Translations under genes and position numbers: made by a program
Notes under the pieces: generated by a model
Seen by the model: only the letters and a program-made list of their open reading frames with translations
The model's database searches: none
Told to the model about the DNA's origin: nothing
In this document: positions 29,354-39,336 of the stretch, one piece after another
Layout of the letters: every line of letters starts with the position of its first letter
How positions within the stretch are numbered: the stretch's first letter is position 1
Assembly (NCBI GenBank): GCA_963631525.1
Contig: CAVGQQ010000002.1
Span: 35,843-99,842, forward strand
DNA length: 64,000 nt
Direction: 5' to 3'
DNA from: a bacterium
GTDB lineage: Bacteria; Bacillota; Clostridia; Lachnospirales; Lachnospiraceae

Positions 29354-29986
29354 ATGACAAAGATTCATGTATTGGTTGTAAAAGTAAATCGTGAATACAT
29401 AGAACAACATTTTGATGAATTGGTCGAACGATTATACCCGGAACGAAAGTCCCGGGTATTGGCTTTTCGTAGGCGGGAACCGGCATATACATCGATTGTA
29501 GCAGGTTTATTGTTGCAGACGCTCGTAGAAGAGACGCTTGGCATTCCCCCACAGGCATTGATACTCGAAAAAAATGAGAATGGAAAGCCGACGGTACAGG
29601 GACATCCGGAGTTTTATTTTAATCTCTCCCATGCGGGCGATTATGTCGTGCTGGCGCACGGAGATGCGCCTTTGGGCGTCGATATCGAGCAAATACGCGC
29701 ACAGAACCTGCATGTTGCAAAACGATGCTATACAGAGGCGGAATACGCGTATGTGACCGAGGGCGATGCGGATGAACGCTTTTTCTATTTGTGGACGATG
29801 AAAGAGTCATATCTGAAGCTTACGGGCGATGGCATTAGTGTACCACTAAATTCTTTTGAGATTGATCCTCTCCAGCAGGTAGTAAAAGGAACGCCTTACC
29901 GGTATTTTATGCGCCGTATGGATGATTATTGGCTTGCTGTATGTGCAGGTGAGGAATGTGAGATAACCTATGCCAATAGGATGTGA
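29354..29986 (+). CDS. Sfp-type 4'-phosphopantetheinyl transferase
   Basis: NENGKP, FNLSHAG, LGVDIE, LWTMKESYLK.TG.G. ATG directly after the upstream stop. Confidence 0.92.
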   Translation: MTKIHVLVVKVNREYIEQHFDELVERLYPERKSRVLAFRRREPAYTSIVAGLLLQTLVEETLGIPPQALILEKNENGKPTVQGHPEFYFNLSHAGDYVVLAHGDAPLGVDIEQIRAQNLHVAKRCYTEAEYAYVTEGDADERFFYLWTMKESYLKLTGDGISVPLNSFEIDPLQQVVKGTPYRYFMRRMDDYWLAVCAGEECEITYANRM

Positions 29987-30106
29987 CGTGAGATTGTAGA
30001 ATCATGTAGGAGCTGATTCAGAAAAAATCGCGTAATTTGCAGAAATCACTTGACAATCACTGAAATCTACGATAGAATATCATCTGTTGTGAGAAACAAC
30101 ACAGAT

Positions 30107-30180
30107 GCGGTCGTAGCTCAGCTGGATAGAGCACTTGGCTACGGACCAAGGTGTCGGGAGTTCGAATCTTCTCGGCCGCA
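30107..30180 (+). tRNA. tRNA-Arg(ACG)
   Basis: Cloverleaf; anticodon arm CTTGG-CTACGGA-CCAAG; GTTCGAAT T-loop; CCA not encoded. Confidence 0.95.
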
Positions 30181-30183
30181 TAT

Positions 30184-30217
30184 AAAAAGCTTTCCAATTT
30201 ATTGGGGAGCTTTTTTT
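30184..30217 (+). terminator. Terminator after tRNA-Arg
   Basis: AAAAAGCTTTCC...GGGGAGCTTTTTTT. Confidence 0.7.
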
Positions 30218-30236
30218 GATTATAAACAAGGCAGAT

Positions 30237-30531
30237 AAGACGAGAGATTCGATCTTTGATTTTATATTTAATATGCGAGCCCTCAAAATGTAAATACGGA
30301 TGACATATGCAACAAATTCTCGAGCAGACCATTGGAGCACATCAGCACTTAACGAGGAAAGTGACAATTCGTAGAATTGATACTTTGCGAGTTTAGTGTC
30401 TGCTATGTGCGGAAGTGAGCGGGAGCGTGTCTGCGGAGGATTCTGTTGCATATGTCATCCGTGTTAATTAGATTAGAGTTGGCTCGCATTCCAAACTAAA
30501 AATAAAAAGACGATCGAATCTCGATCGTCTT
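30237..30531. repeat. ~295-bp long imperfect palindrome (MITE-like element or structured RNA)
   Basis: Nested complementary blocks, including a perfect 19-bp pair at 30296-30314 / 30444-30462. Confidence 0.8.
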
Positions 30532-30536
30532 GCGAA

Positions 30537-30609
30537 CTGGGCTACCAGGATTCGAACCTGGAAAATGCTGGAGTCAGAGTCCAGTGCCTTACCATTTGGC
30601 GATAGCCCA
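30537..30609 (-). tRNA. tRNA-Gln(CTG)
   Basis: Reverse complement TGGGCTATCGCCAAATGGTAAGGCA-CTGGA-CTCTGAC-TCCAG...GGTTCGAATCC...TAGCCCAG. Confidence 0.95.
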
Positions 30610-30871
30610 TCATTATGAAGTTCGGAGACTCTTTTGTGTCTCACAAGATGGTATTATATTACATGTCTTTTAAAATTGCAAGCCTTTTTTGAAAAAAATT
30701 TACAAAAAGTTGAAACATACTACAATTCCGCCTACTTGTCAGGAATTGGATAAATAATTGTTTGACAAACGGAAACAAATACTATATGATTGCTTACGTT
30801 GAACGCTAGGAGAAAACAAAGATTTTTGTAAATCAATTGCGTAGTGAACAACCATTTGAAAGGAAGTAAGT

Positions 30872-31222
30872 ATGAGCAGCGTAATATATGTGGTTCCGTG
30901 GGCCATTTGTGATACAGAAAGCATATATGTGAAGAAAGTCAAGGGTGACGATGTACAGGTGCCGGAGAAGGGCAGCGAGTTTAATTCCTGGTGCATCCGA
31001 AACGTGATTGCAAGTCCGGATCGCAGAACAAAGGATACGTATGCGATTGTGGATGTATTCAATGGCTATAAGGAAAAGATGAATGAGAAAGGTATGTCTG
31101 TGTTCTCGCTTACCAATTCGCAGGATGTATTGGAGAATCTGGGATTTGTGAAGGCAGATGAGACAGAGGCATCATTTATAAAGAATAAAGTATTGAAGTT
31201 GAATAAGGACAAGAAAAAATAG
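30872..31222 (+). CDS. Hypothetical protein
   Basis: AAAGGAAG RBS; 116-aa ORF filling the gap; no recognised motif. Confidence 0.7.
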   Translation: MSSVIYVVPWAICDTESIYVKKVKGDDVQVPEKGSEFNSWCIRNVIASPDRRTKDTYAIVDVFNGYKEKMNEKGMSVFSLTNSQDVLENLGFVKADETEASFIKNKVLKLNKDKKK

Positions 31223-31264
31223 ACCACGCATGTTTGTGGTCTATTTTTTAGAAAGTAGGAAAAT

Positions 31265-32104
31265 ATGATAGAAATTGGAAAATGGAATGATTTGAAAGTC
31301 ATTCGTTCGAAAGATTTTGGCATATACCTCGGTGAAGAGGACAGTGCAACCGCAGATACGGTGCTGCTTCCGAGAAAACAGGTGCCAGAGGGCGTGAAAG
31401 CGGGTGCATCCCTGCGCGTGTTTATTTACCGCGATTCACAGGATCGGATCATCGCAACAACGAATACACCGTTGATTACCGTAGGTGAAGTGAAGAAGCT
31501 TCAGGTCAAGAGTGTGACAAGCTTGGGAGCGTTTATGGATTGTGGACTGGAGCGGGATGTGCTGCTCCCATTTAAGGAACAGACAGCGAAGGTGGAAGCT
31601 GGAAAGTCCTATCTGGTGCGGATGTATGTGGATAAATCTGGACGTTTGGCAGTATCAATGAAGATTGGAAAAGAATTGCAGCCGATCGAGGGCTACGAGG
31701 AAGGGCAGGATTTCGTTGGAACCGTGTATGAGTTCAAGAAGGACTTTGGTGCATTTGTTGCAATCGACGACAAATATCCGGGACTGATCTATACAAGCGA
31801 ATTGTATGCGCCGGTACGTGTCGGTGATGAAGTGCACGGCAGGATTGTGAAGATTCGTCCCGATGGAAAGGCAGACCTTGCCTTACGGAAGCTCGCGTAT
31901 GCGCAGATGGAAGAGGACAGCGAGATGGTATATGCCGTTATAAAAAGCTATAAGGGTGTTTTGCCATTTACAGATAAGGCAGATAAGGATATAATCAAGA
32001 AAGAGTTCGGACTCAGTAAGAACGCGTTTAAGCGCGCCTGTGGACGTCTTTTAAAAGAAGGAAAGATCCGCATTACAGAGAAGACCATCGAACTTGTTGA
32101 TTAG
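31265..32104 (+). CDS. S1 RNA-binding domain protein (CvfB/YitL family)
   Basis: VLLPRKQ, VFIYRDSQDR, GAFMDCGLERD, FGLSKNAFKRA.GRL. Confidence 0.9.
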   Translation: MIEIGKWNDLKVIRSKDFGIYLGEEDSATADTVLLPRKQVPEGVKAGASLRVFIYRDSQDRIIATTNTPLITVGEVKKLQVKSVTSLGAFMDCGLERDVLLPFKEQTAKVEAGKSYLVRMYVDKSGRLAVSMKIGKELQPIEGYEEGQDFVGTVYEFKKDFGAFVAIDDKYPGLIYTSELYAPVRVGDEVHGRIVKIRPDGKADLALRKLAYAQMEEDSEMVYAVIKSYKGVLPFTDKADKDIIKKEFGLSKNAFKRACGRLLKEGKIRITEKTIELVD

Positions 32105-32131
32105 ATAATAGTTACAGGAGGTACTTATATT

Positions 32132-32512
32132 ATGAAGACAGTGATTCAGACACCAAAGGCACCGGCAGCAATTGGACCATATTCGCAGGCAATTGCAGTT
32201 GGAGATATGATTTATACATCAGGCATGATTCCGATCATTCCAGAAACAGGTGAGCTTGAGACAGGCGATATCAAGGCACAGGCAAAGCAGGCAATTGGAA
32301 ACCTGATCGCATTGTTGAACGAGGCAGGCAGTGATGCAGATCATGTGGTAAAGACAACCGTATTCATCAAGGATATGAATGATTTTGCTGCTGTAAATGA
32401 GGTATATGCTACATTTTTTGAAAAGGACTGCCCTGCACGTTCCTGCGTAGAGGTTGCAAGACTTCCGAAAGATGTGAAGATTGAAATCGAGGCAATTGCA
32501 CTCAAAAAATAA
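32132..32512 (+). CDS. ridA: RidA family reactive intermediate deaminase
   Basis: APAAIGPYSQA, VVKTTVF, PARSCVEVARLP. Confidence 0.93.
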   Translation: MKTVIQTPKAPAAIGPYSQAIAVGDMIYTSGMIPIIPETGELETGDIKAQAKQAIGNLIALLNEAGSDADHVVKTTVFIKDMNDFAAVNEVYATFFEKDCPARSCVEVARLPKDVKIEIEAIALKK

Positions 32513-32642
32513 TAAAATAAACATTTTGAACAGTTAAAACAAGCAAAATCGCTCGATTATGCTATTTTCTGCTTGCATAATTACATATGCGTGGTAAAAT
32601 AAAGGGCAGATAATACGCATGAGGGAAAGGAAGTAATAGATC

Positions 32643-33665
32643 ATGAGCAAAAATATTGATTGGTCTTCACTTGGCTTTGGCTATGTGCAGACAGACAAGC
32701 GTTTCGTATCAAACTACAAGAATGGTGCATGGGATGACGGTGTGCTGACAGAGGATGCTACAATTAATCTGAGTGAGTGTGCCGGTGTACTTCAGTATGC
32801 ACAGACATGTTTTGAAGGTTTGAAGGCATATACAACAGAGAAGGGACAGATCGTTATTTTCCGTCCTGACTTAAATGCATCCCGTATGGCAGATTCCTGC
32901 AAGCGTCTGGAGATGCCTGTATACCCAGAGGATAAGTGGGTAGATGCAATCGTAAAGACGGTTGAGGCTAATATTGACTGGGTACCACCATATGGTTCTG
33001 GAGCAACTCTTTATATCCGTCCATATATGTTTGGTAGCAACCCTGTTATCGGTGTAAAGCCAGCAGATGAGTATCAGTTCCGTGTATTCTGTACACCAGT
33101 TGGCCCTTACTTCAAGGGTGGTGCAAAGCCAATCGTAATCCGTGTCAGTGATTATGACCGTGCAGCACCTCATGGAACAGGACATATCAAGGCTGGATTG
33201 AATTACGCTATGAGTTTGTATCCAATCGTAGATGCACATAATCAGGGATTTGCTGAGAATATGTATCTTGATGCTGCAACACGTACAAAGGTAGAGGAGA
33301 CAGGTGGAGCAAACTTCATCTTCGTCACAAAGGATGGCACTTTGGTAACACCGAAGTCAGACAGTATCCTTCCTTCTATCACACGTCGTTCTTTGATGGT
33401 AGTTGCAGAGAAGTACCTTGGCATGAAGGTAGAGCACAGAGAAGTTTACTTCGATGAGGTTAAGGACTTCGCAGAGTGTGGTCTGTGTGGTACAGCCGCA
33501 GTTATCTCTCCAGTTGGAAAGATTAACGATCACGGCAAGGAAATCTGCTTCCCAAGCGGTATGGAAGAGATGGGACCATATACAAAGAAGCTGTATGACG
33601 CTCTGACAGGTATCCAGATGGGACGTATCGAGGCACCAGAAGGCTGGATCAAGGTAATCAAATAA
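32643..33665 (+). CDS. ilvE: Branched-chain amino acid aminotransferase
   Basis: YAQTCFEGLKAY, LYIRP, K.GLNYA, EETGGANF, ILPSITRRS, GTAAVISP. Confidence 0.95.
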   Translation: MSKNIDWSSLGFGYVQTDKRFVSNYKNGAWDDGVLTEDATINLSECAGVLQYAQTCFEGLKAYTTEKGQIVIFRPDLNASRMADSCKRLEMPVYPEDKWVDAIVKTVEANIDWVPPYGSGATLYIRPYMFGSNPVIGVKPADEYQFRVFCTPVGPYFKGGAKPIVIRVSDYDRAAPHGTGHIKAGLNYAMSLYPIVDAHNQGFAENMYLDAATRTKVEETGGANFIFVTKDGTLVTPKSDSILPSITRRSLMVVAEKYLGMKVEHREVYFDEVKDFAECGLCGTAAVISPVGKINDHGKEICFPSGMEEMGPYTKKLYDALTGIQMGRIEAPEGWIKVIK

Positions 33666-33668
33666 TTT

Positions 33669-34697
33669 ATGAATAAAAAAATATTAACCATCACAATTCC
33701 CTGCTACAATTCGCAGGACTATATGAAAAAGTGCGTCGATCACGCATTGCTTGGTGGCGAACTAGTAGAAATATTGATCGTAGATGATGGCTCTACAGAT
33801 GACACTGCGAAGATTGCAGATGCCTATGCAGAGAAATATCCGACAATTATAAAGGCAATTCATAAAGAAAATGGTGGGCATGGCGATGCGGTGAATACCG
33901 GTATCGCTCATGCAACCGGAGTCTATTTCAAGGTCGTTGACAGTGATGACTGGCTTGACAAGGAAGCTTATAAGCAGGTGCTGAAGGTCTTGAAGAAGCT
34001 TGTGGAAGATGAGAAGGATTTAGATGTCCTGCTCTCCAACTATATCTATGACAAGGTAGAACGCCGGAAGAAGCGTGTCATGCGTTATCACGGTGCTTTG
34101 CCGGAAAAACGGATCATCAGTTGGGAAGACAGCCGGATTCGGTTCAACAAGTTCCAGTATGTACTGATGCATTCGGTGATTTACCGGACACAGTTGCTGA
34201 AGGACTGCGGACTGAAGCTTCCAAAGCATACATTTTATGTGGATAATCTCTATATCTTTGAACCGATGATCCATGTGAAGAAGCTGATGTATTTAAATGT
34301 CGACCTGTATCACTATTATATTGGCAGAGAAGGACAGTCGGTCAATGAGAAGACGATGATGAAGCGGATTGATCAGCAGATGCTGGTGAACCGGACGCTG
34401 ATTCAGTTTTTCAGTGAGAACCGAAAAGACCTTCCACCACAGATGTACCGCTTCTTGTTCCAGTACTTGGATATGATGATGTGTGTTGCATCGAGTATCT
34501 GTATTGTATCGAAAGACAAGGAACTGTATAAGAAGAAAAAAGAGCTGTGGAAGTATCTGAAGGATACGGATGCAGAATTATACAAGGAGCTTCGAACAAC
34601 ATTGTTTGGTATTGTGTTCAATCTGCACGGACCAACCGGCAGATGGTTTGCAAGAACCGGATATCGTCTGTTCCAGAAGTTGTTCGGATTTAATTAA
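33669..34697 (+). CDS. Glycosyltransferase family 2
   Basis: IPCYN, VDDGSTD, KENGGHG, VDSDDW. Confidence 0.92.
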   Translation: MNKKILTITIPCYNSQDYMKKCVDHALLGGELVEILIVDDGSTDDTAKIADAYAEKYPTIIKAIHKENGGHGDAVNTGIAHATGVYFKVVDSDDWLDKEAYKQVLKVLKKLVEDEKDLDVLLSNYIYDKVERRKKRVMRYHGALPEKRIISWEDSRIRFNKFQYVLMHSVIYRTQLLKDCGLKLPKHTFYVDNLYIFEPMIHVKKLMYLNVDLYHYYIGREGQSVNEKTMMKRIDQQMLVNRTLIQFFSENRKDLPPQMYRFLFQYLDMMMCVASSICIVSKDKELYKKKKELWKYLKDTDAELYKELRTTLFGIVFNLHGPTGRWFARTGYRLFQKLFGFN

Positions 34698-34707
34698 AAC
34701 AAAAAAT

Positions 34708-34749
34708 AAAAATTCCGAAGTTTGTTTATAACAGACTTCGGAATTTTTT
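34708..34749. terminator. Bidirectional terminator
   Basis: AAAAATTCCGAAGT...ACTTCGGAATTTTTT between convergent genes. Confidence 0.75.
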
Positions 34750-34754
34750 GTTTA

Positions 34755-35393
34755 TCACTGTTTCTTTCTGTCCCAAGGGATCACATAGACGATCGGATAG
34801 AGGATCGCTGCCATTGCAAATGCACCGATGACATCCCACACGGAATGTTGCTTCAAAAACATCGTAGATAAGATAATCAGGATACCAATGATTGTTGCAA
34901 TCGCCTTGATCCATGTTTTATTCTTCATACCCTTACTTTTATATAGGGCGACGAGACAGCCGAGCGTGTTGAAGACATGTAAGCTTGGGAACACGTTTGT
35001 GCTTGTATCGGTCTTGTACAGCATCTGTACGAGCTTGGCGCACAGATTGTTGCGGTAGGAGATATCCTGTCGCAGATCTAAACCGTTATGCCAGAGCGTG
35101 CATATGATCAGGAAAATCGTCATGCCGCTGAACAGATACGCACAGCACTGGTAATATTCTTTCTTTGAGTAGAAAAACTCGTATCCGACAATCGCTGGAA
35201 CGAACAAAAACCACATAAAATACGGAATAATAAAATATTCACAGAACGGAATCTTGTAATCAATTGGCATCGATACAAGATGAAAATCCGTTGTCACTGT
35301 TTTTTCCAGCCAGACAAACCAAGGCATGTAAAAAACGATGTAGAGAAGTGTCCATATGTGGTTGTACCTTTTGATAAATTCTCTTGCGTTCAT
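34755..35393 (-). CDS. PAP2-superfamily membrane phosphatase/phosphotransferase
   Basis: NVFPSLHV and KQHSVWD motifs, several TM helices. Confidence 0.85.
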   Translation of the reverse strand: MNAREFIKRYNHIWTLLYIVFYMPWFVWLEKTVTTDFHLVSMPIDYKIPFCEYFIIPYFMWFLFVPAIVGYEFFYSKKEYYQCCAYLFSGMTIFLIICTLWHNGLDLRQDISYRNNLCAKLVQMLYKTDTSTNVFPSLHVFNTLGCLVALYKSKGMKNKTWIKAIATIIGILIILSTMFLKQHSVWDVIGAFAMAAILYPIVYVIPWDRKKQ

Positions 35394-35406
35394 GCGCTAC
35401 ATTATA

Positions 35407-37017
35407 TCATGCTTCTTCGGAATGTGCAATCGCAGCGCCAACAAATCCTAAGAATAATGGATGTGCTTTGTTCGGACGGCTCTTGAATTCCGGATGTGCC
35501 TGTGTTCCGATGAACCAAGGGTGATCTGGGAGTTCAATCATCTCTACGATATGACCATCTGGAGATAAACCGGACAGAAGCATACCGTGATCAGTCAGTA
35601 CCTTTCTGTAATCGTTATTTACCTCATAACGATGTCTGTGACGCTCGTTGATATGATCCGTACCATATAACTGGTATGCTTTGGAATTCTTATCAAGTAC
35701 ACAAGGATAAGAACCAAGTCTTAATGTTCCGCCTAAGTCTGTGACACCATTCTGATCAGGCATGATATGGATAACCTGATGGCTGGAGCTTGGGTTAAAC
35801 TCGGAGCTGTTTGCATCTGGATAACCGACAACATTTCTCATGAACTCCACAATTGTAAGCTGCATACCAAGGCATAAGCCGAGGTAAGGAATCTTATTTT
35901 CACGCGCATAGGTGATTGCTTCGATCATGCCTTCGATACCACGGTCACCGAAACCGCCAGGTACCAAGATACCGGATACATCGCCTAAGATCTCTGCGAC
36001 ATTTTCTTTCGTTACAAGCTCAGAATCCACCCATTTGATCTCGACGTCTGCACGATGTGCCACGCCGGCATGCTTCAGGGATTCTACAACAGAGATGTAA
36101 GCGTCGTGCAGGCTGACATATTTTCCAACTAAAGCTATACGTACCTTCTTCTGTGGATGTTTCCAGTTGTCCACCATAGCAATCCAGTCATCAAGATCTG
36201 GATTTGGACATGGAATATGGAGACATTTGCAGGCTGCATCGGCAAGCTTTTCATGCTCCATAGCAAGTACCACTTCATATAATACATCTACGTCCAGATT
36301 CTGGATGACACATTCGCTAGGAACGTTACAGAAGCTGGCAATCTTATCTTTAATTGCTTTGTCTAACGGAAGGTCGGAACGGCAAACCAAGATATCCGGC
36401 TGGATACCAAGTGACTGGCAGGTCTTTACACTTGCCTGTGTCGGCTTTGTCTTCAGTTCACCGGATGATTTTAAGTAAGGAATCAGTGTGACGTGGATCA
36501 TGATGCAATTCTCATGTCCAACATCCAACTGGAACTGACGGATGGCTTCCATGTACGGCTGGCTCTCAATATCGCCGACAGTACCGCCAACTTCGATGAT
36601 CGCAATCTCATCGTCCTTTGCGTCTGGATTGCGATAGAAACGATCTTTGATTTCGTTTGTAATATGAGGGATGATCTGAACGGTATGACCGCCGAAGTCA
36701 CCACGACGCTCCTTGTTCAGGATGCTCCAGTAAACCTTTCCTGTTGTCACGTTGGAACCCTTGTTCAGACTCTCGTCGATAAAACGCTCGTAGTGTCCAA
36801 GATCCAGATCGGTTTCTGCACCGTCATCTGTTACAAATACTTCACCATGCTGAATTGGGTTCATGGTTCCTGGGTCCATATTGACATATGGATCAAATTT
36901 CTGGCTGATTACTTTGTAGCCGCGCGCCTTCAACAGACGTCCCAATGATGCCGCGGTAATACCTTTACCGAGACCGGATACAACGCCGCCAGTGACAAAA
37001 ATGTACTTTACTGCCAT
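35407..37017 (-). CDS. pyrG: CTP synthase
   Basis: [42 protein letters not shown]. Confidence 0.99.
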   Translation of the reverse strand: MAVKYIFVTGGVVSGLGKGITAASLGRLLKARGYKVISQKFDPYVNMDPGTMNPIQHGEVFVTDDGAETDLDLGHYERFIDESLNKGSNVTTGKVYWSILNKERRGDFGGHTVQIIPHITNEIKDRFYRNPDAKDDEIAIIEVGGTVGDIESQPYMEAIRQFQLDVGHENCIMIHVTLIPYLKSSGELKTKPTQASVKTCQSLGIQPDILVCRSDLPLDKAIKDKIASFCNVPSECVIQNLDVDVLYEVVLAMEHEKLADAACKCLHIPCPNPDLDDWIAMVDNWKHPQKKVRIALVGKYVSLHDAYISVVESLKHAGVAHRADVEIKWVDSELVTKENVAEILGDVSGILVPGGFGDRGIEGMIEAITYARENKIPYLGLCLGMQLTIVEFMRNVVGYPDANSSEFNPSSSHQVIHIMPDQNGVTDLGGTLRLGSYPCVLDKNSKAYQLYGTDHINERHRHRYEVNNDYRKVLTDHGMLLSGLSPDGHIVEMIELPDHPWFIGTQAHPEFKSRPNKAHPLFLGFVGAAIAHSEEA

Positions 37018-37113
37018 AGCTCATTCCTCTTTCCGTTTGATTTTTATATTTTCATTCTTTTTGCTTTAGAAAAATTCAAAAATCATTATAAACGAAAAGG
37101 AAAACGAAGTCAA

Positions 37114-38070
37114 TTACAAATGGTTAGAATAAAACATAAGCTGAAAGATACGGTTGTCCTTTTTATCCTGTCGGAACAAATACTTACCGGATTTGCCCAT
37201 TTTTCGATAGGACTTCACGTCCTGATACTTTGTAAGAATATGTAAGAATTTTTTTTTCTCCTCCGGCACATTGTAGATACGTTCAAATGCTTGTGCCTGT
37301 CTGGAAATATGACCGCCATTTGTACGGCTCTGCTTCAGACGGCGGAAGAATCTGGAACAGCCGGAAGGGGCTGCGCCGAGTGTATTCCCTGCGTGCTGGC
37401 GATACTTATAATGAGCGGTACTGTCATAGTATACTTCGCCGAAGCAGGATGCTACAAGATATAGCCACCAGTCGTGCATATAAACATCCTGAGGCATACT
37501 GATCCGGATATAAGACATAAGTGCCTGATTGAATACGATGCCGGCACCGCGGGCGATGTTTTCAAGCAATGCATTCCGGAAGTCCGGAATCAGTTCCTTC
37601 CCTACGGTCTGCATGGATTCCGGAAGTAGATTTAATGTGTCGTCGGTATTCCATGCATCACAACAGTAGAGGAGCGGTGTCGCAAAGACACGAAGCTGAG
37701 AGTCGTTTTTCTTTTTTTTCGGGGATTTTGCCTTTCGCATCTGTTCGAGCTTCCGGCAGGCGATAAAAAGTTTATCCTCATCCCACACATCATCCTGATC
37801 GGAGAGGGCGTAAAAATCCACATCCGGGTCGGATAATTCAAACAGGCGAAAAAAAGAAGCGATAACGCCATGATTTTCGCCACATACGTATTGAATGTTT
37901 TCGTGGAGTGCAGTATAGGCGCGCAGGATATCCACAGTGCCATCCGTAGAACCATCGTCACGGACGAACAGCTTCACGGCAACATTTTTCTGATTTAAGA
38001 TACTATCTAATTGTTCTTTCAAATAAGCTTCACCGTTGTAAGTGGATAACAGAACCTGAACTGTATACAT
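37114..38070 (-). CDS. Glycosyltransferase family 2 (rhamnosyltransferase-like)
   Basis: LLSTYNGE.YL.EQLDSI, RDDGSTD, SDQDDVW, MHDWW, YRQH. AAAGGAG SD before the ATG at 38070. Confidence 0.9.
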   Translation of the reverse strand: MYTVQVLLSTYNGEAYLKEQLDSILNQKNVAVKLFVRDDGSTDGTVDILRAYTALHENIQYVCGENHGVIASFFRLFELSDPDVDFYALSDQDDVWDEDKLFIACRKLEQMRKAKSPKKKKNDSQLRVFATPLLYCCDAWNTDDTLNLLPESMQTVGKELIPDFRNALLENIARGAGIVFNQALMSYIRISMPQDVYMHDWWLYLVASCFGEVYYDSTAHYKYRQHAGNTLGAAPSGCSRFFRRLKQSRTNGGHISRQAQAFERIYNVPEEKKKFLHILTKYQDVKSYRKMGKSGKYLFRQDKKDNRIFQLMFYSNHL

Positions 38071-38102
38071 AACACACTCCTTTATAGATATAAAACTGCA
38101 GA

Positions 38103-39281
38103 TCATTTATCGGTCAGATCTGCATAGATTGTTGTCATAAGCCTGTGTACAAGTGAAATATCAAAATATTTTCTGCAGTTTGTGTAGTTTTCCTGCCCAA
38201 GTGTCTGTGCAAGCTTCTCGTTATCAAGAATTTCATCTATCTTTGCAGCATAGGCATCCGCATCCTTTGTCGGAAGGAGATAATGTCTCCCCGCAGCATG
38301 TGGTTCTGATGCAAGCAGATCACGGTTCCCGCGGATATCCGATGCAATGATCGGGAGTCCGGCTGCCATCGCCTGCATAACCGCGACGGATAATCCTTCT
38401 TGAAAGCTTGTAAATAAAAACAGATCGGAGCAACGGTACAGATCCAGCACATCCGTATGATAGCCGGGGAAAAATACACGATTCCCAACCTGTAACTCCT
38501 GTGCAAGCTGTGTGAGTGATTCGGCGAGAATGCCTTTTCCACAGATGGCAAGAATCGCATCATCATGGTTGGATCTGGCAAATGCGCGGATTGCGGTCTC
38601 TACATTTTTCCGCGGAATCAGTTCCGCAACGGTCAGTATAATCTTCTTGTCGGAAGGCAGACCGAACCGCTGGCATACATCCGATTTGTTGACATGGATG
38701 GAGGCAATTGCATCTGTATCCACACCAACCCCCGGTACATAATGAACATTTGGGTGATGGAATCGCCGCTTGGCTGCCTGATAATCCTCCTGGTTCAAGG
38801 TAATCAGGCAATCTGTTATGTGCGATAGCCATTTTTCAACATTGTAATAGAGCACATAGCTTTTTAACCCTGCCCCATGGAAAAAATGGAATCCATGGAC
38901 AAAATAGATGACTTTGGTGCCCTCTGATCTGCGGAATCCTTTTGCTGCCAGTCTGCCGACCACACCGCCGAAAGGTGTCTGCGTATGAACGATCCGGCAG
39001 GGATGGCTTTCCATATATTTTTTTAAAATCCGAATGGATTTGAAAGCCTTCCCAAGCTCGGTTACTTTCCGTGGAATTGGCAAATCAATGATGTCGATAT
39101 TCTGTGCGGCAAGCTCACCCGCAAATGCCCGGATGCGTTCTGCGGTGCTGGAATTGCCTTCTTTAAAATTTGCTGCAACGGTAACCGTATATCCCATATC
39201 CCGAAGGATGACAAGGTTATCCTTATTAAAATGATCAATCATTGATGCGGAATTCGCAATCAATAACGCGCGCTTTTCCAT
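38103..39281 (-). CDS. Glycosyltransferase family 4
   Basis: HTQTPFGG, HGFHF, ELIPRKN, SFQEGL..AVMQAMAAGLP. Confidence 0.92.
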   Translation of the reverse strand: MEKRALLIANSASMIDHFNKDNLVILRDMGYTVTVAANFKEGNSSTAERIRAFAGELAAQNIDIIDLPIPRKVTELGKAFKSIRILKKYMESHPCRIVHTQTPFGGVVGRLAAKGFRRSEGTKVIYFVHGFHFFHGAGLKSYVLYYNVEKWLSHITDCLITLNQEDYQAAKRRFHHPNVHYVPGVGVDTDAIASIHVNKSDVCQRFGLPSDKKIILTVAELIPRKNVETAIRAFARSNHDDAILAICGKGILAESLTQLAQELQVGNRVFFPGYHTDVLDLYRCSDLFLFTSFQEGLSVAVMQAMAAGLPIIASDIRGNRDLLASEPHAAGRHYLLPTKDADAYAAKIDEILDNEKLAQTLGQENYTNCRKYFDISLVHRLMTTIYADLTDK

Positions 39282-39336
39282 ACAATATCCTGCCTGTTCC
39301 TTATAGTGCTGACTCTATATGCCGGTACATGCATAT

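Noticed and set aside
30050..30451. Small ORFs over tRNA-Arg and the palindrome
   Set aside because: They overlap a tRNA and structured non-coding DNA; no RBS or recognisable protein features.
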